Below the pieces are notes generated by a model that did not search any database, was not told the DNA's origin, and saw only the letters and a program-made list of their open reading frames with translations. Positions 37,986 to 51,438 of a stretch of DNA of 64,000 bases are shown piece by piece. The stretch spans positions 744,001-808,000 of the forward strand of contig CM075993.1 of assembly GCA_038087875.1 (NCBI GenBank), read 5' to 3'. The position numbers and the translations under genes are program-made. Position 1 is the first letter of the stretch. Every line of letters starts with the position of its first letter. The stretch comes from Malacoraja senta. Its lineage: Eukaryota.

Positions 37986-40279
37986 CAGGATAATTGACTT
38001 TGTAGAATCAAAGGAGAAGTGAGCACCTTGAGTCCTCCCCATACACAAACAAATTTTGTTCTTCTGTCCTTTACATGTAATCCAGGATCCTCCACTAATA
38101 TGGCACATTTTTTGTTTGCAGCATTCACAACTCCATTGAAAAACACACTACAATTTAGGACAAAGCAGGACACTTTGGCACTACATCTTCATTCTCTCCA
38201 CCACCTGCACATAGTATCTGCAGTGTGTGCCACCTCCAACATAACACTCATTCACTCAAGCTACTTTGACAGCACCTCCTAAACACCTGATCATCATTAG
38301 CAAGACGGATAGGGCCAGGCGGCATATGTGCATAGCATCATACCGTTATTTGCAGGTTCCTCTCCAAGACACACTCCATCATAAAGGAAATATATCACCT
38401 CATTCATCATCATTGGATCTATCCTAGAATTCCATGCCAAATGGCATCTTCAACGAAAGGATCAGAGCAGTTAAACAAATGGCTCATGCCCACTTTCACG
38501 CGGGCAAGTAGGGGTGAGCAATAAATGTCAGCCTTGCTAGTGATACCAACAATCTGTAAACAAATCAATAAAAATATTGGATTTGCTCAAGGCTCCTCCA
38601 GCTCGCTCATCTCAACATCCTCACCTATAAGCATAATTGAGTTTGTAATGGCAAAGTAGGATGTCCAAGGGAATTCCACATGTGGATTGTCTACATAATA
38701 TAAGGAATCATTAAACAAGAAAAATCATTTAGTATATTAAATGTGTTTGTTCCTTAGGATATTTATATAACTTGATCTATTATGGATCCTTTCCAAAGCA
38801 AGTTAGTCTCTCAAAAAAGATTTTCCCAGACCACAAAAATGTTTAGAAACATTCAAGAATCTCCCCTCTCTGAATATTTTATGTTCCTTAGTCCATCCTC
38901 TTAATTAGATGTCTTTTGCCTTATACACACGTCAAGTTAGCAAGAAGCAAACATTACATCAGACATGTAACAAGACGATATTTATATGAACAGAGCCATG
39001 TTTCAGGTTTATATGAAGTCAACACCCAACCTAGACTAAATACAGTATCACTGTGTTGTTTTTGTCAGTCGCATGGATCACACATTGATCAATGTGGTCT
39101 TGTCTGCATTGAAGACTGGTGTTTGCAGTGCACATGCTTACAGTGAAGGAGCTGACTCAGTATCATGAAAAGTGGACAGCAGAGTTAAACAAATGACCAG
39201 CATGTGTCAAGCCCCGAGTACCCAGGGCCAAAGTTTCCAATTCTGACAACTGGTAAAAGATACGTAGCTTTCATGAAATTCTAGCTCCACAAAGTGCCAA
39301 GGGCCACACTGTGGTGCAGCCATGAAAAGATATGTGGAAATCTTGCAAAGCAACCAAGCAAGATGATCAAATTAACAAGTAAACCAGTCATGGACAAAGA
39401 AACATTGAGATATCTTCAAATAAACACTGCAACTGCTGAAAATAAGTCCCATTTAAGCTATCGACTGGGAAAATAGGAAGGGACTTCCTGTACATCACAG
39501 CTGTGACGTTCGGGTACAGAGTCTCGGTCTTTGATCAGATACCTCAATTTTTTTTTAAAGAACATAATGGACATGTACTACAGTGAGTCTAGCCCAAATC
39601 ACTAATGGGCAGCGATTATTAGAATGTGGGAATATTTTCCGGGGTTACGATCACTAATTTCAACTTTCAAAGGTTAACTCTGGAAAGATCTTTTTTTTCT
39701 ACTCTAAACCATCTTTACTGGGTCAGATATGTTATGTATTAGAGAGGATATGAATGGAAACTTGGGACATCTTCTGCAAGCAATGTCTGCAGCAGACAGT
39801 CAAACCCCGCTTTGCTTATTGGTACCTAGGCTGGGAAACATAAACCACAGTTACCATATATGGAATAAACTGTTTAACCACATTAGTAATTATTTATACT
39901 TAATATTCAACTAGAGCTAAAACAGAGAGCATATTTCCAGGCATCCTGATTTATGCTTTGGGAACACATATGTTGCTTACAAATTGTCCTGTGTTGAAGT
40001 TTTACTTGAAGATTATCCACCACCTGGTGAACCAGGGTTTCCAAATATAATTTAGGCAATGGGATAAATGAAATAAATAAAGGATAAAGAAACAGTTGAT
40101 AAAGAAATAATCATGAGGAGTCAATGTCTTGAGAAATTTGACCTAAAGTCTATTGTCTAACAGTAAAACTCCGATAATCTGATACATTTGGGATTTAAGT
40201 GCTGCCAGACCAACAGATTTTTCAGACTATTGAAAATTATTTTTTAAATTAATACACATAAACATTTTACACATAAACG

Positions 40280-41564
40280 TACCGTGGCCTTATCCTCGAA
40301 CTCTACCTCCGCTACATGGACGACTGCTTGGTGCTACCTCCTGCACCCACACACGACTCACTGAATTCATCTATTTCACCACTAACTTTCATCCGGCACT
40401 CAAATACACCTGGACCATTTCCGACATTTCCCTACCATTTCTTGATCTCACTATCTCCATCGCAGGTGATAGACTCCTGACCGACATCCACTATAAACCC
40501 ACTGACTCCCATGGCTATCTGGACTACACTTCTTCCCACCCTGTTTCTTGTAAGGACTCCATCCCCTACTCCCAATTCCTCCGTCTAAGCCACATCTGCA
40601 CCCAGGATGAGGTGTTCCACACCAGGGCATCGGAGATGTCCTCATTCTTCAGGGAACGGGGGTTCCCCTCTTCTACCATAGATGAGGCTCTCACCAGGGT
40701 CTCATATACCCCGTGACTCTACTCTCACTCCCCATTTCCCCACTCGTAACAAGGGCAGAGTCCCCCTTGTCCTCACCTTCCACCCTCCGAGCCGTCACAT
40801 ACATCAAATAATCCTCCGTCATTTTCGCCACCTCCAACGTGACCCCACCACTTGCCACATCTTCCCATCTCCTCCCCTGTCTGCTTTCCACAGAGACCGC
40901 TCCCTCCATAACTCCCTGGTCAATTTGTCCCTTCCCACCCGAACCACCCCCTCTCCGGGCACTTTCCCTTGCAACTGCAAGAAATGCTACACTTGTCGCT
41001 TTACCTCTCCTCTTGACTCCATTCAAGAACCCAAGCAGTCTTTACAGGTGCGGCAGAGGTTCACCTGCACCTCCTCTAACCTCATCTATTGCATCTGCTG
41101 CTCTAGATGTCAGCTGCTCTGCATCGGTGAGACCAAGCGTAGGCTTGGCGATCGCTTCGCCCAACACCTCAGCTCGGTTTGCAATAACCAACCTGATCTC
41201 CCGGTGGCTCAGCAGTTCAACTCCCCCTCCCATTCCGAATCCGACCTCTCTGTCCATGGGCAGAGTGTGGACCACCGTAAATTGGAGGAGCAGCACCTCA
41301 TATTTCGCTTGGGCAGTTTGCACCCCTGCGGTATGAACATTGACTTCTCTAATTTCCTGTTGTCCTTACTTTCTCCTCCCCTTCTCAGCTCTCCCTCAGC
41401 CCACTGGCTCCTCCTTTTCCTTTCTTCTTCCTGTCCCCCCTCTCCCCCATTCCCACCACCCTCACATCAGTCTGAAGAAGGGTTTCGGCCCGAAACGTTG
41501 CCCATTTCCTTCACTCCATAGATGCTGCCTCACCTGCTGAGTTTCTCCAGCATTTTTGAATACC
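40280..41564 (+). mobile_element. 5'-truncated Penelope-like element: RT (YMDD), thumb, GIY-YIG, pseudo-LTR (subfamily B)
   Basis: LYLRYMDDC at ~40302-40328; IHYKPTDSHGYLDYTSSHP; PLVLTFHP; NLIYCICCSRCQLLCIGETKRRLGDRFAQH. Frameshifted. Confidence 0.92.
41470..41501 (+). ncRNA. Minimal hammerhead ribozyme motif in PLE pseudo-LTR
   Basis: gu-CUGAAGA-A-GGGU(UUCG)GCCC-GAAA-CG-UU-gc. Confidence 0.62.
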
Positions 41565-42228
41565 TAAACATTTAAAAATGTACTTTTATTTAGATGTTAC
41601 TTGCTATTATGATCAATTTTCCAAAGTAAATTTAGAGGGAGCATGGGAAAGGAGGCTCCAGTATGTTGAATGGGAGTGAGGGAGCCAGGGCCACACACAG
41701 TGGAAGGGAGCAGGGGCGTTTGGGGCCCTGGAGAGTGGAAGGGAACGTGGAAGCCGGTGGGTGGAAGGGAATGTGGCAGACATTACCCAAAGAGCCAGAA
41801 TTCAAACCATCCAGATTTCCAAATAGTCAGATAGAGGATTATCAACATTTTATTGTATGTGCATTGAACAAATGCTACTGAAACTGAGATACTCAGTGCA
41901 AAATACCTGGCTTAGTGGAGGCCCATGTGTAGTCACTTGAACATCAGTACACTTGAACTAATGGGATTTCGCCAATCCCTAACCATTTCTTTCATTTTAG
42001 GTCAGTCTCTGTTTTTCCGACCAACACTAACCACTCATATTTGGAGCTCTCTCTCTTGAACTATCCATTCAGTGTGCTGGTGACTCCCTGTAGCTTCTGT
42101 CCACTCCACTGCACAACTGTAACTTCAGGGGATACACACTCTGGTGGAACAGAGCATTCACATTGCTACCAATTCTGCTGCTACCAATTTCCATTAAAAG
42201 TAATTTAGGACTTTTTTTTATTTTTCAG

Positions 42229-45200
42229 GTGAAATGTCAAGTTGGATCTGAAGAAGTGGTTTTGATTTCTCAGACAGGTCTGAAGCTTCATAACCTTGCC
42301 TGGCATGATGTTTATCTTGTTCATGAGAACAGGGCTCTAACCTTGAGTATCGATGGACTCTTTACCACTGCTGTAGAAGTGCCGGACTATTTTAATAAAC
42401 TGCAAGTTAATTATGGCTTGTATTTGGGTGGACCTGGAGAGGCAAAGATCCCTGATGCATCAAGGACATCCATCATGTTCAGAGGTTGTATTTCCAGGGC
42501 AGAGTTTAATGATCGTAACATCTTATCCTCATTCATCGCCCACCCTGAGCATAACATAGACCATGGATGTAGCAATGTAATCACAGCGGGGCACAATTAT
42601 CCTGCTAACTTTCTAGGTCCAAGATCCTTTATTTCCTTTCCAAGCTGGTCTACAAAAGAAGAAAGAAGGTTTGAGTGTTCTCTGAAGACGCTGGTTTTGC
42701 AGGCTCCTCTACTTTACCATGCGGGATGGCAGACAAATTTTATTGCCTTAGAAATTGCAGATGGTCATCTTCGTGTCTTAATTGATGATGGAAATGGAAT
42801 TATTGTACTGGACAATACTCATTTTGTTAGTGATGGAAAATGGCACAGTGTTCACCTGGTTTTCAATATAAATTATGTACAACTTACAGTAGATGATAAA
42901 TTATCTCAGAAGCAACTAATTAACAATAAGAAGGCATATCTGGGTCTCCAAGGGCATCTCTTCATTGGTGGAATAGACAACAAAACATCTTCTGAATTAA
43001 TTAAACATGGTCCCACCTATGTGTTGGCAGAAAGCACAATATCTGGCTCATTCATCGGTTGTATTCAGAATATACAAATAAACTCAGATCACATAAGCTT
43101 GTCTAATGCATTAGTCACTAGGGCTCTTGGCACTGAATGCAATGACCAAGACAGCAAGGGGATGGAAGAAGGTGAAAACAGGCTAGAAGGTGAGGTTTCA
43201 CCTGTACCCATGCAAAGTTTTAGGGGCATTCTAATGAACAATCCACCATGTTTGATCACAAAAAACATGTCGCAAATATTCAATAATTTTACAAGACTAT
43301 TAGATCTGACACAATTGGCTGTAAAGGAAGCAGGAAGTTCCACCTTGGAGCTGAAACACATCAACCCCACTATTGATCTGCACAGAATTGGAATAAGATA
43401 TTCCCAGGTAGTTTTCAAGATAACTCAGGATGGTAGACACGGACATTTGGAACTAAATATCCCAGGTGCAAAAGGTAGAAAAGCATTTACTTTGTTGGAT
43501 GTGATCAGTCACCATATTAAATATCATCATGATGGATCTGAAGAGTTACTTGATCAGATAATCTTTGAAGTATCCATTCATAGCAAGCAAGAGATCCCTC
43601 ATTGTTTAAAGCAGGGTCAACGGTATATTTTAAATGTAAACATCATCCCAGTCGATGATGCGCCAGAACTAACCTTCCCAAATGGGAATCTTATGATGAT
43701 TCTTCAAAATACCTGGAAAACCCTCAGTCCAGATGTCATTCTACCTATAGATGCTGACAATGTTTGTGCTGAATTAAAGATCATTGTAGTTAATAGCGAA
43801 GATCAAGGCTATGTTGAAGATGTAAGAAATCCCAATCGGAGAATTAGAGAATTTTCATGTCAGAATCTTAAAGCAGGAAATGTACGCTATGTTCACAATG
43901 GGGCTAAATTGTCCCAATTGTTGCTTCAGGTCAATGACGGAGAAAGAGTAAGTGATGTAACTCCCTTGAGAATTGTGGCCCTGAAACCTGAAGTGAAAAT
44001 GGGCAAGAACACTGGTCTAATTCTCCCACAAGGAGGTATGAGTCTGATCACCATCAGCAATCTGTCCGTGGAGACAAAAGCATTCAAGCAGAAGGTGGAT
44101 GTCTTGTATAACATTACTGAGCCATTACATTATGGTGAGGTCCAGAAACTGGATATTACTGGGGAATGGAAAGCAGCAAGGGCATTCCATCAGCATGATA
44201 TAGAACAGGGTCACATTCGATACGTCAGCACAGATCCAGAATTTCGTACAGAAGACATTACTGAGAAACTTATGTTTTCAGTGACAATTGGAAAGCAAGT
44301 TCTTGAAAATAATGGATTTTTTATAAAAATAAAGAGCGCCAAAATAACACTGCTCAGAATATCTCCGAATGAGTTAAATAATGTAAGACGAGGAAAGATT
44401 ACACACAATGAACTTGAGGCTGCAATAGAAGGACTTTCAATCCCTGCTAACCTGTTCAGGTATGTGATTCTAAAGTCGCCTGATAAAGGAAAGTTAATGG
44501 TGGTGGATAAGGTACTAAGAGCCGGGTCCACCTTCACTCAGGAGGATTTAAAGCAAGAAGGGCTCACTTATGTGGCCACTATCAGAAACACTGAAGAAAC
44601 CCAAGATAGTTTCCAGTTTCAGGTCTTTGTTGGAGACCAGCACTCTCCCATATATACTTACCCAATATTAATTGGCATTGATCCTGATGTGCCCATTTTG
44701 ATGAGTAGGGCATTGGTTGTGGTGGAAGGAGGTACACAAACCATAACTAAGGATCAACTTCTCACCGTGGGCCAGAGTACTACTGCTTTTGTGTATAACA
44801 TTACACACGGTCCTCAGCATGGAAAACTGATCACACAGCCCAGCACCAAGGAACCTGTCATAATCTTTACCAATGATGATATTCTCCAAGAGCGGTTGAT
44901 GTATGAGCACGATGACACTGAAACACTGGAAGACAAGATTAGTTTTGTTGTTGTGGAACAGTTTGAAAATGCTGGACCCGAGGCAAATGTGATTCATGGT
45001 ACATTGCAAATCTATATAACACCAATAAACGATCAGCCACCTGTACGAGTGGTGAATAAGACTTTTAACGTGACCCTGCATGGACAACACTTACTAACCA
45101 CAGCAGAACTTTGTTTTCATGATGCAGATTCAGATTTTGATGATTCCCAATTGATTTACACTAAGTGGGGGATCTCCAATGGTAATATTGTCTCCGCAGA

Positions 45201-45774
45201 TGACACTGCCCATGAACTCTCCCGCTTCAGTCAGGACGACATGGAAAAGAAGCTTGTGTTATTTAAACATCATGGTGCGCATCAAGGAAATTTCCAGCTA
45301 CAAGTCTCTGATGGTGTTCATCAAACTGCAGCTGTACTGGAAGTTCATGCATTGGAACCTTACTTGGAAATAGTCAATAACTCCATATTTTTGATTCAGC
45401 AGGGACAAGAGTCAAATATCCATGGCTATTTTCTTAATGTGGAGACTAATATGGACATTTGGAGTGAAGAGGAAATAAGATATCAAGTAACAGATCCCCC
45501 TAAACATGGAAAGATTCTCGTGAATGATGAACCAAATTTGACTTTCTCACAGAAAGATATAAACACTGGCCAAGTAATTTATTACCACGACAACAGCAGG
45601 CATTCAAGGGATTCCTTTAATTTTATAGTTGAAGTGAAAGAGATTAAAGCAGAGGGAACTTTTCCCATTTTGATCTTTATGGAAAGTCACCAGCACCCTC
45701 CAGTCGTGGTCCACAATAAGAAAATATTTGTAAACCAAGGAGGAGCAAAGAGCATTCTGAATGAACAACTTCTC
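42229..45774 (+). CDS. CSPG4: CSPG4-family gene, giant coding exon 3 (3546 nt; LamG1-LamG2 and CSPG/cadherin-like repeats)
   Basis: Acceptor tttttcag|GTG, 1182 open codons, LamG motifs (LYLGG, FRGCI, SDGKWHSV, LFIGG) and CSPG repeats (YHHDGSE, YEHDDTET, PINDQPP). Donor CTC|GTAAGT. A very large exon 3 is typical of CSPG4. Confidence 0.95.
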
Positions 45775-45947
45775 GTAAGTCCAATCTAGCTGTGTGTTAC
45801 TTCATTCATTATCTTCAGTGTTCTCACAACGACCAATGTACATGAAGTTAAGGTCCAATGGGAAGGTTGGAGCCTCTAACATGTTATTTTGATCCTTTTC
45901 AATCAGATTCTGACATTTATGTTAAAATTAACAAATTGCAATTACCT

Positions 45948-46210
45948 TTAGAAAGGAGATGAGCAATTTATTTAGTCAGAGGGTGGTGAATCTGTGGAAT
46001 TCAGTGCCACTGAAGGCTGTGGAGACCAAGTCAATGGATATTTTTAAGATGGAGATTGATGGATTCTTGATTACTGCAGCAGTTAAGGGTTATGGGGAGA
46101 AGGCAGGAGAATGGGATTGAGAGGGAAAGAGAAATCAGCCATGATTAAATGGCAGAGTAGACTTGATGGGCCGAATGGCCTAAAATTTTGCTCCTACAAC
46201 TAATGAACAT
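45948..46210 (+). mobile_element. CR1 LINE 3' end
   Basis: cagagggtggtgaatctgtggaattc...gggccgaatggcct. Confidence 0.8.
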
Positions 46211-47029
46211 GAAATAAATAGCTCCATGCACATTTGGGAAAATGTAGCTATTATAGATCTCAAGCCCTGGGCTGAGCCACTCAGTTTATTGCTGGTAAGT
46301 GCTGCTATTGTAGACAGGGATCATATTTATAATAAATTGTTGTTATTACAAAACGCAATGTTCCAATAGTTGAACACTTGTGCACCCAGATGTGCCTGTT
46401 GAGTGAGTAGATATCCTCATCTTGCAGGCTACCCTGATTCACGTTGAGTGAGTAGATAGCCTCATCCTGCAGGTTGCCCTGACCACTCAGAAAGAAACAG
46501 AGCTAATTAGCAGCAGAGAAAGTCAGAATTATTTGCTTGGATTTTTTTCTAATTAAATAGTTACCACCACATGGATCTAATTAGCTACATCTGCTTTGGA
46601 TCAATGGTTGGTTTGAGAGTAGTTTATTACCAAAACTCCTAACCTATAGTTATTTTCAAAGTCTTTAAGAAATATTTTAAATTGCATCCTGTTTAAATGA
46701 TAGAGGAAGGCCTGAGGGTGCCAATAAATTAAACAGTACCAGTCAGCAGGCAATCCTGAGGCTGACAGTCTCCTGCAGTTTGGAAGAGATCTGTACTTTC
46801 TTGTGCTCATATCACTGTGTAATATGCATCCAAAGATTTGTTTTAGTTTCGGAAACAAAGTATTCGAATTGGCCATTTGATTTTACTTCTCCATTTGGTT
46901 TGATTATCGTCAACTAATTTGATTATTGGAGCCAATAGTCTCATGTAAAGTTGACTAATGAGCTGGTGAAGTGCCAGTTTAGACCTGAACCCTACAGCAT
47001 ACTGAAGGATGCCATGATGCTGACAATAT

Positions 47030-47290
47030 GTGTATCATCGAGGTAGTGTTGCACTGAGCTTTACTCAAATCATCAGATGGAAGAGATTTCAATGCACTAT
47101 TTGAAGAACAGCTGGAGAGTCCTGTCTTGTAGTATTTTATTGTGGACATGTGGATACAACAGTGACCACACTACAAAAATAATTTATTGGTTGATAAAGT
47201 GCTTTGTTATTATAAATCATTACATTAATTTCAATTATATTATAAAAATATTCATTTCAGAGTTCTAATGGTGTATGAATATCATAAAAT
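47030..47290 (+). mobile_element. Possible DeuSINE relic
   Basis: gcactatttgaagaacagc resembles the Deu-domain core; highly decayed. Confidence 0.35.
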
Positions 47291-47369
47291 ACGGCCCATG
47301 TCATAGAGTCATGCACCACTGGAATGTCATTGAGTTATACTGTACAGAAATACCCTTGGCCCAACTTGT

Positions 47370-47942
47370 GAAGAGTTGAGTGTTTTATTGTCATGTGTCC
47401 CACAAGGGAACAATGACACTCTTAAGAGAGACACAAAATGCTGGAATAACTCAGCGGGGCAGACAATCTCTGGAGAGAAAGAATGGGTGACGTTTCAATA
47501 ATAATCAACAATCAACAAGACAAAAACGATGCCTCTCCTAGTCTATGTACTTCTGAGCTTAATTGGAAGTTGTAGTGTTTAATAGTCTGCTGGTTGTTGG
47601 GAAGAGGCTGCTCATAAACCCGAACTTTACAATTTTCAGGCTCCTATACCTTCTTCCCAATGGCACAAATAAAATGAGAGCGGAGCCAGGGTGGTGTGGG
47701 TCTCTGATGATGCTGGCTGCCTTTTTGAGGCAGCGCCTCCTGTAGATCCCTTTGATGGTGGGGAGGTCAGTACCTGTGATGGACCTTCGATGGTGGGGAG
47801 GTCAGTACTGTGATGGACCTTCGATGGTGGGGAGGCCAGTACTGTGATGGACCTTCGATGGTGGGGAGGTCAGTACCCATGATGGACTGGGCAGTGTTCA
47901 CCTCTTTTTGCAATGTTCTTCATTCCTGAGCGTTGAAGTTTT
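47370..47942 (-). mobile_element. Rex1/Babar-like LINE 3' fragment with nested pseudo-LTR piece (~47428-47497) and internal 4x34-bp tandem (47749-47886)
   Basis: Reverse-complement match to 7500-8030; tandem read directly. Confidence 0.78.
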
Positions 47943-48583
47943 CAACAAGGTTTGAAGATGCACTTGGTCAGTTCTGAGGATTTATCCACTTTAATGTTCT
48001 TTAGACTGCTGGTACTTCCCCTTTAGTCATTTGTTTGAGAGGGGAATTGCCACAGGGGACTCCTGCCTACCTCTCCTGGCATAATTTGGGTGATTTCAGA
48101 ATTTATACACATTCCTTTACTGATAGAAACCAATCAACATATAGAAGAATTACAATTTTCAGCTCCTATTCCTTATTTTCTACTCCGCTTCACTTTTAAC
48201 ATTCCCACTGAGCAGTTCTTGTGTCCTTGTCAATCAAATAAGTAATTACCTAACTCTCATTCATATTCCTGGCACGTTATCTCTGAATTTTATCAACATT
48301 AATTAATTATACTTCAGTCTGTTGATCCAGGTTAATTAATTAACAAGCTAAATTGAATCCTCTCTTAGTCCTTGCGTCTCCAATGAAACCAATAAATAAT
48401 GAATTGTTTGCTATCTTCCTTTGCCAATAACACACTGCGACACAAATCTTCATTCTGGCAACTTCTCATGTAGATGCTGAGACACTTTAGCTCCCTCACT
48501 CCGCTAACATTTTCCTTTCTCTCTCACCTGAGTGTATTGAGGACACTGTACCAGGGCACAGGTTTTGTGTTGGAATGTTTTGG

Positions 48584-49213
48584 AAGGAACTGCAGATGCT
48601 GGTTTAAACCGAAGATAGACGCAAAATATTGGAGTAACTCAGCAGCACAGGCAGCATCTCTGGATAGAAGGAATGGGTGACGTTTCAGGTCGAGACCCTT
48701 CTTCAGACTGAAGAAGTGTTATTGTGTGTAAACAAAAATGCTGGAGAAACTCAGTGGGTGAGGCAGCATCTATCGAGAGAAGGAATAGGCGACGTCTCGG
48801 GTGGAGACCCTTCTTCAGACTGACGTCGGGGGGGCGGGAGAAAGAAAGGAAGGAAGCGGAGACAGTAGGCTTGTGGGAGAGCTGGGAAGGGGGAGGAGAA
48901 GGAGGGAGAAAGCAAGGACTATCTGAAATTAGAAGTCAAGGTTCATACCGCTGGGGTGTAAACTACCCAAGCTGTTCCTCCAATTTGCGCTGGGCCTCAC
49001 TCTGGCAATGGAGGAGGCCCAGGACAGAAAGGTCGGATTTGGAATGAGAGGGGGAGTTGAAGTGCTGAGCCACCGGGAGATCAGGTTGGTTAGTGCGAAC
49101 TGAGAGGAGGTGTTGGGCAAAGCGATCGCCGAGCCTGCGCTTGGTCTCGCTGATGTAGAGAATTTGACACCTGGAACAGCGGATGCAGTAGATGAGGTTG
49201 GAGGAGGTGCAGG
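48584..49213 (-). mobile_element. Solo pseudo-LTR (48584-48716) next to a truncated Penelope GIY-YIG fragment (48725-49213)
   Basis: Matches 1854-2360 and 41050-41564. Confidence 0.85.
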
Positions 49214-49488
49214 AGTTATTGCTTATGAACTCCTTCTTCGTGTCACTTCAACAATGATCATCGGGATCAATTAAATCAGGTGAAGTATCATCAGGTTCAT
49301 ACTCATCTTCACCAAACAGGCTTGCTTGCCTAGTGGCTGATAACAGTGGACAGGCTAGGAACCCAGCTTATTGTGGTGGTAGGTGAGAGGGTGGTGGTAG
49401 ATGACAAGGGGTGCCGGTGGTAGGCAGTGCACAGTGGGGCTGAGGTTGTGACCACAGTTACTCGTGGGCAGAGTGACGCTGCCTGACA

Positions 49489-49503
49489 ACGCCATCTGGT
49501 GGT
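49489..49503 (-). promoter_or_regulatory. CTCF consensus site
   Basis: Minus strand CCACCAGATGGCG fits CCASYAGRKGGCR exactly, in non-repeat intronic DNA. Confidence 0.5.
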
Positions 49504-49879
49504 GATGTGACAAGATCAGACTCTCACTTTGCAACTGTTGTAGTCTGGTCCCAGAGAAGGTTAATAAGTTTAGAAAATGAGCTTGTTTATTACTGAAATT
49601 CTTTTGTGGAAACATGATTCCGTCTCAGAGGCATTACTTACTTGATTCCAGTCTTGGCCAATCCCAGCCACTGTGAAAATATGGCCATTATTTTGTTTTT
49701 GTTTGAAGAGTAGGACATGGCCTTACCCTGAATATTCATTCCATATTAATGAGGTGAAATAGTTGTGCAGCTTTCTGGTTTGCACACTGTAAAATCTGGA
49801 ATTACTTTCATGGTTTTATCGTCTCTTATTTAACCATGATGCAGGCAATCATCCCGGTAAAATAATCAGCTTCCTAAGA

Positions 49880-50860
49880 CAAGACCAAAATTGGTGGAGT
49901 TGCAGACTGTGATGAGGGCTAACAAAATAAACAGTGGGATAGAGACCAACCACAGGAATGGCCAGAAAAATGGCAGATGGAGTTTAATCTGAGCAAGTGT
50001 GAGGTGGTGTACTTTGGGAGGTTGAATGTAAGGCAAAAGTATAAAGTTAATGGAAAGACCCAGCACAGCATTGATGTACAGCGGGATCTTGGAGTCCAAC
50101 CCCACAGCTTTTCTGATAGTGGCAACACAAGCTGATAGGGTGGTAAAGAAGGTGTATAGTAAACATGGTTTCATTTGTCTTGGCATTGAATATCAGAGTC
50201 AGGAACATGAGAACAGCTTTTTTAGGAGTTTGGTTGGAGTATTGTGTGCAGTTCTTGACCCCTAATACAGGAAGGGTGTGGAGGGTTTGGAAAGGGGTAG
50301 AACAGGTTTACCAGAATGCTAACAAAAAAACTGCAGATGCTGGTTTACAAATAAAGGCACAAAATGCTGGAGCAGCTGAAGTAGTCTAGAGTGAACTGAA
50401 GAGAGTAGTCTGAAGGGTCCCTGACCTAAAATGTCACCTATCCATGTTCTCCAGAGGTGCTCCTGATCTGCTTATTCCAGCATTTAGTGCTTTGTTTATT
50501 GGAATGTTGCCTGGATTGGTAGGGATTAGCTGTAAAGAGAGGTTGGTAAAATGTGGATTGGTTTCTCTGCTACTGGTGGCTGAGTGGAGAGCTGATAAAA
50601 ACAAATTATGTCAAGCACAGATAGAGTCGACAGTCAGAACCTTTTTCCCGGTGTGGAAAAGTCAAAGACTAGAGGGCCTAGGTTCAAGGTGAGTGGGACA
50701 AAGTTTAAAGGAGATGTGCAGGACAAATGGATTTGCAGGGAACGGAGGGATATGGATCACATGCAGGCAGAGGAGACTAGTTTAATTCAGCATCATGTTC
50801 AGCAAGTATGTTGTGGGCAAAGGGCTTGTCCCATGATGCACTTATACGTTCTATGTTTTA
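49880..50860 (+). mobile_element. CR1-type LINE fragment with nested fold-back pseudo-LTR (~50322-50498)
   Basis: tggcagatggagtttaat...ttggagtattgtgtgcagttct...gttctatg; insertion flanked by gaatgct / gaatgtt. Confidence 0.75.
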
Positions 50861-51281
50861 TAATATTTCTCTGTTGTTTAAAGGTCATGGCCCTTGAGTT
50901 TAAATCCTACTGGATCTGTATGGAATGGGAAATGCGATTCTTAGACAAAGCTTATCACTTAAAAAAAAGTTTATTATTTAGCTCTAATATTTTATTGGAT
51001 GCTGTGGGGCCAGAAGCTCAGCTCATTGACGGCTGTAGATTTTACAGCAGATTGATCCCAGCACATCGGTGTGAAGCACACTGCCGCCCACCCTCTTGTA
51101 CCTCACCCACTGTCTGAGAGATGCCGTCAGGATTTAGCCCTCAGTAGTGACTGTGAGAAGCAAGAGGGGAGGTGAGATTGAAGGTACAAGTCAAGTTAAC
51201 ATGTTGACTAAGTAACACAGTTCACTAAATAATAGTTCATTAACAAGCATTGTTCATTAACTAAAACATTTCATTAATCAA

Positions 51282-51438
51282 AACATAGAAACATAGAAAA
51301 ATAGGTGCAGGAATAGGCCATTCGGCCCTTCGAGCCCACACAGCCATTCAATATGATCATGGCTGATCATCTAAAATCAGTACCCCGTTCTTGCTTTTTC
51401 CCCATATCCCTTGATTCCTTTAGCCCTAAGAGCTAAAA
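51282..51438 (-). mobile_element. CR1 LINE extreme 3' end
   Basis: aaacatagaaacatagaaaaataggtgcagg is the reverse complement of the tail at 22640-22671. Confidence 0.8.

Noticed and set aside
42163-42228. N-terminal 22 aa of the 1208-aa ORF as a start or signal peptide
   Set aside because: Intronic pyrimidine tract; the exon begins at the acceptor at 42229. The ORF extensions past the donors at 45774, 60505 and 61713 are likewise intronic.
46398-46482. Two ~45-bp tandem copies
   Set aside because: Simple diverged local duplication with no further structure.
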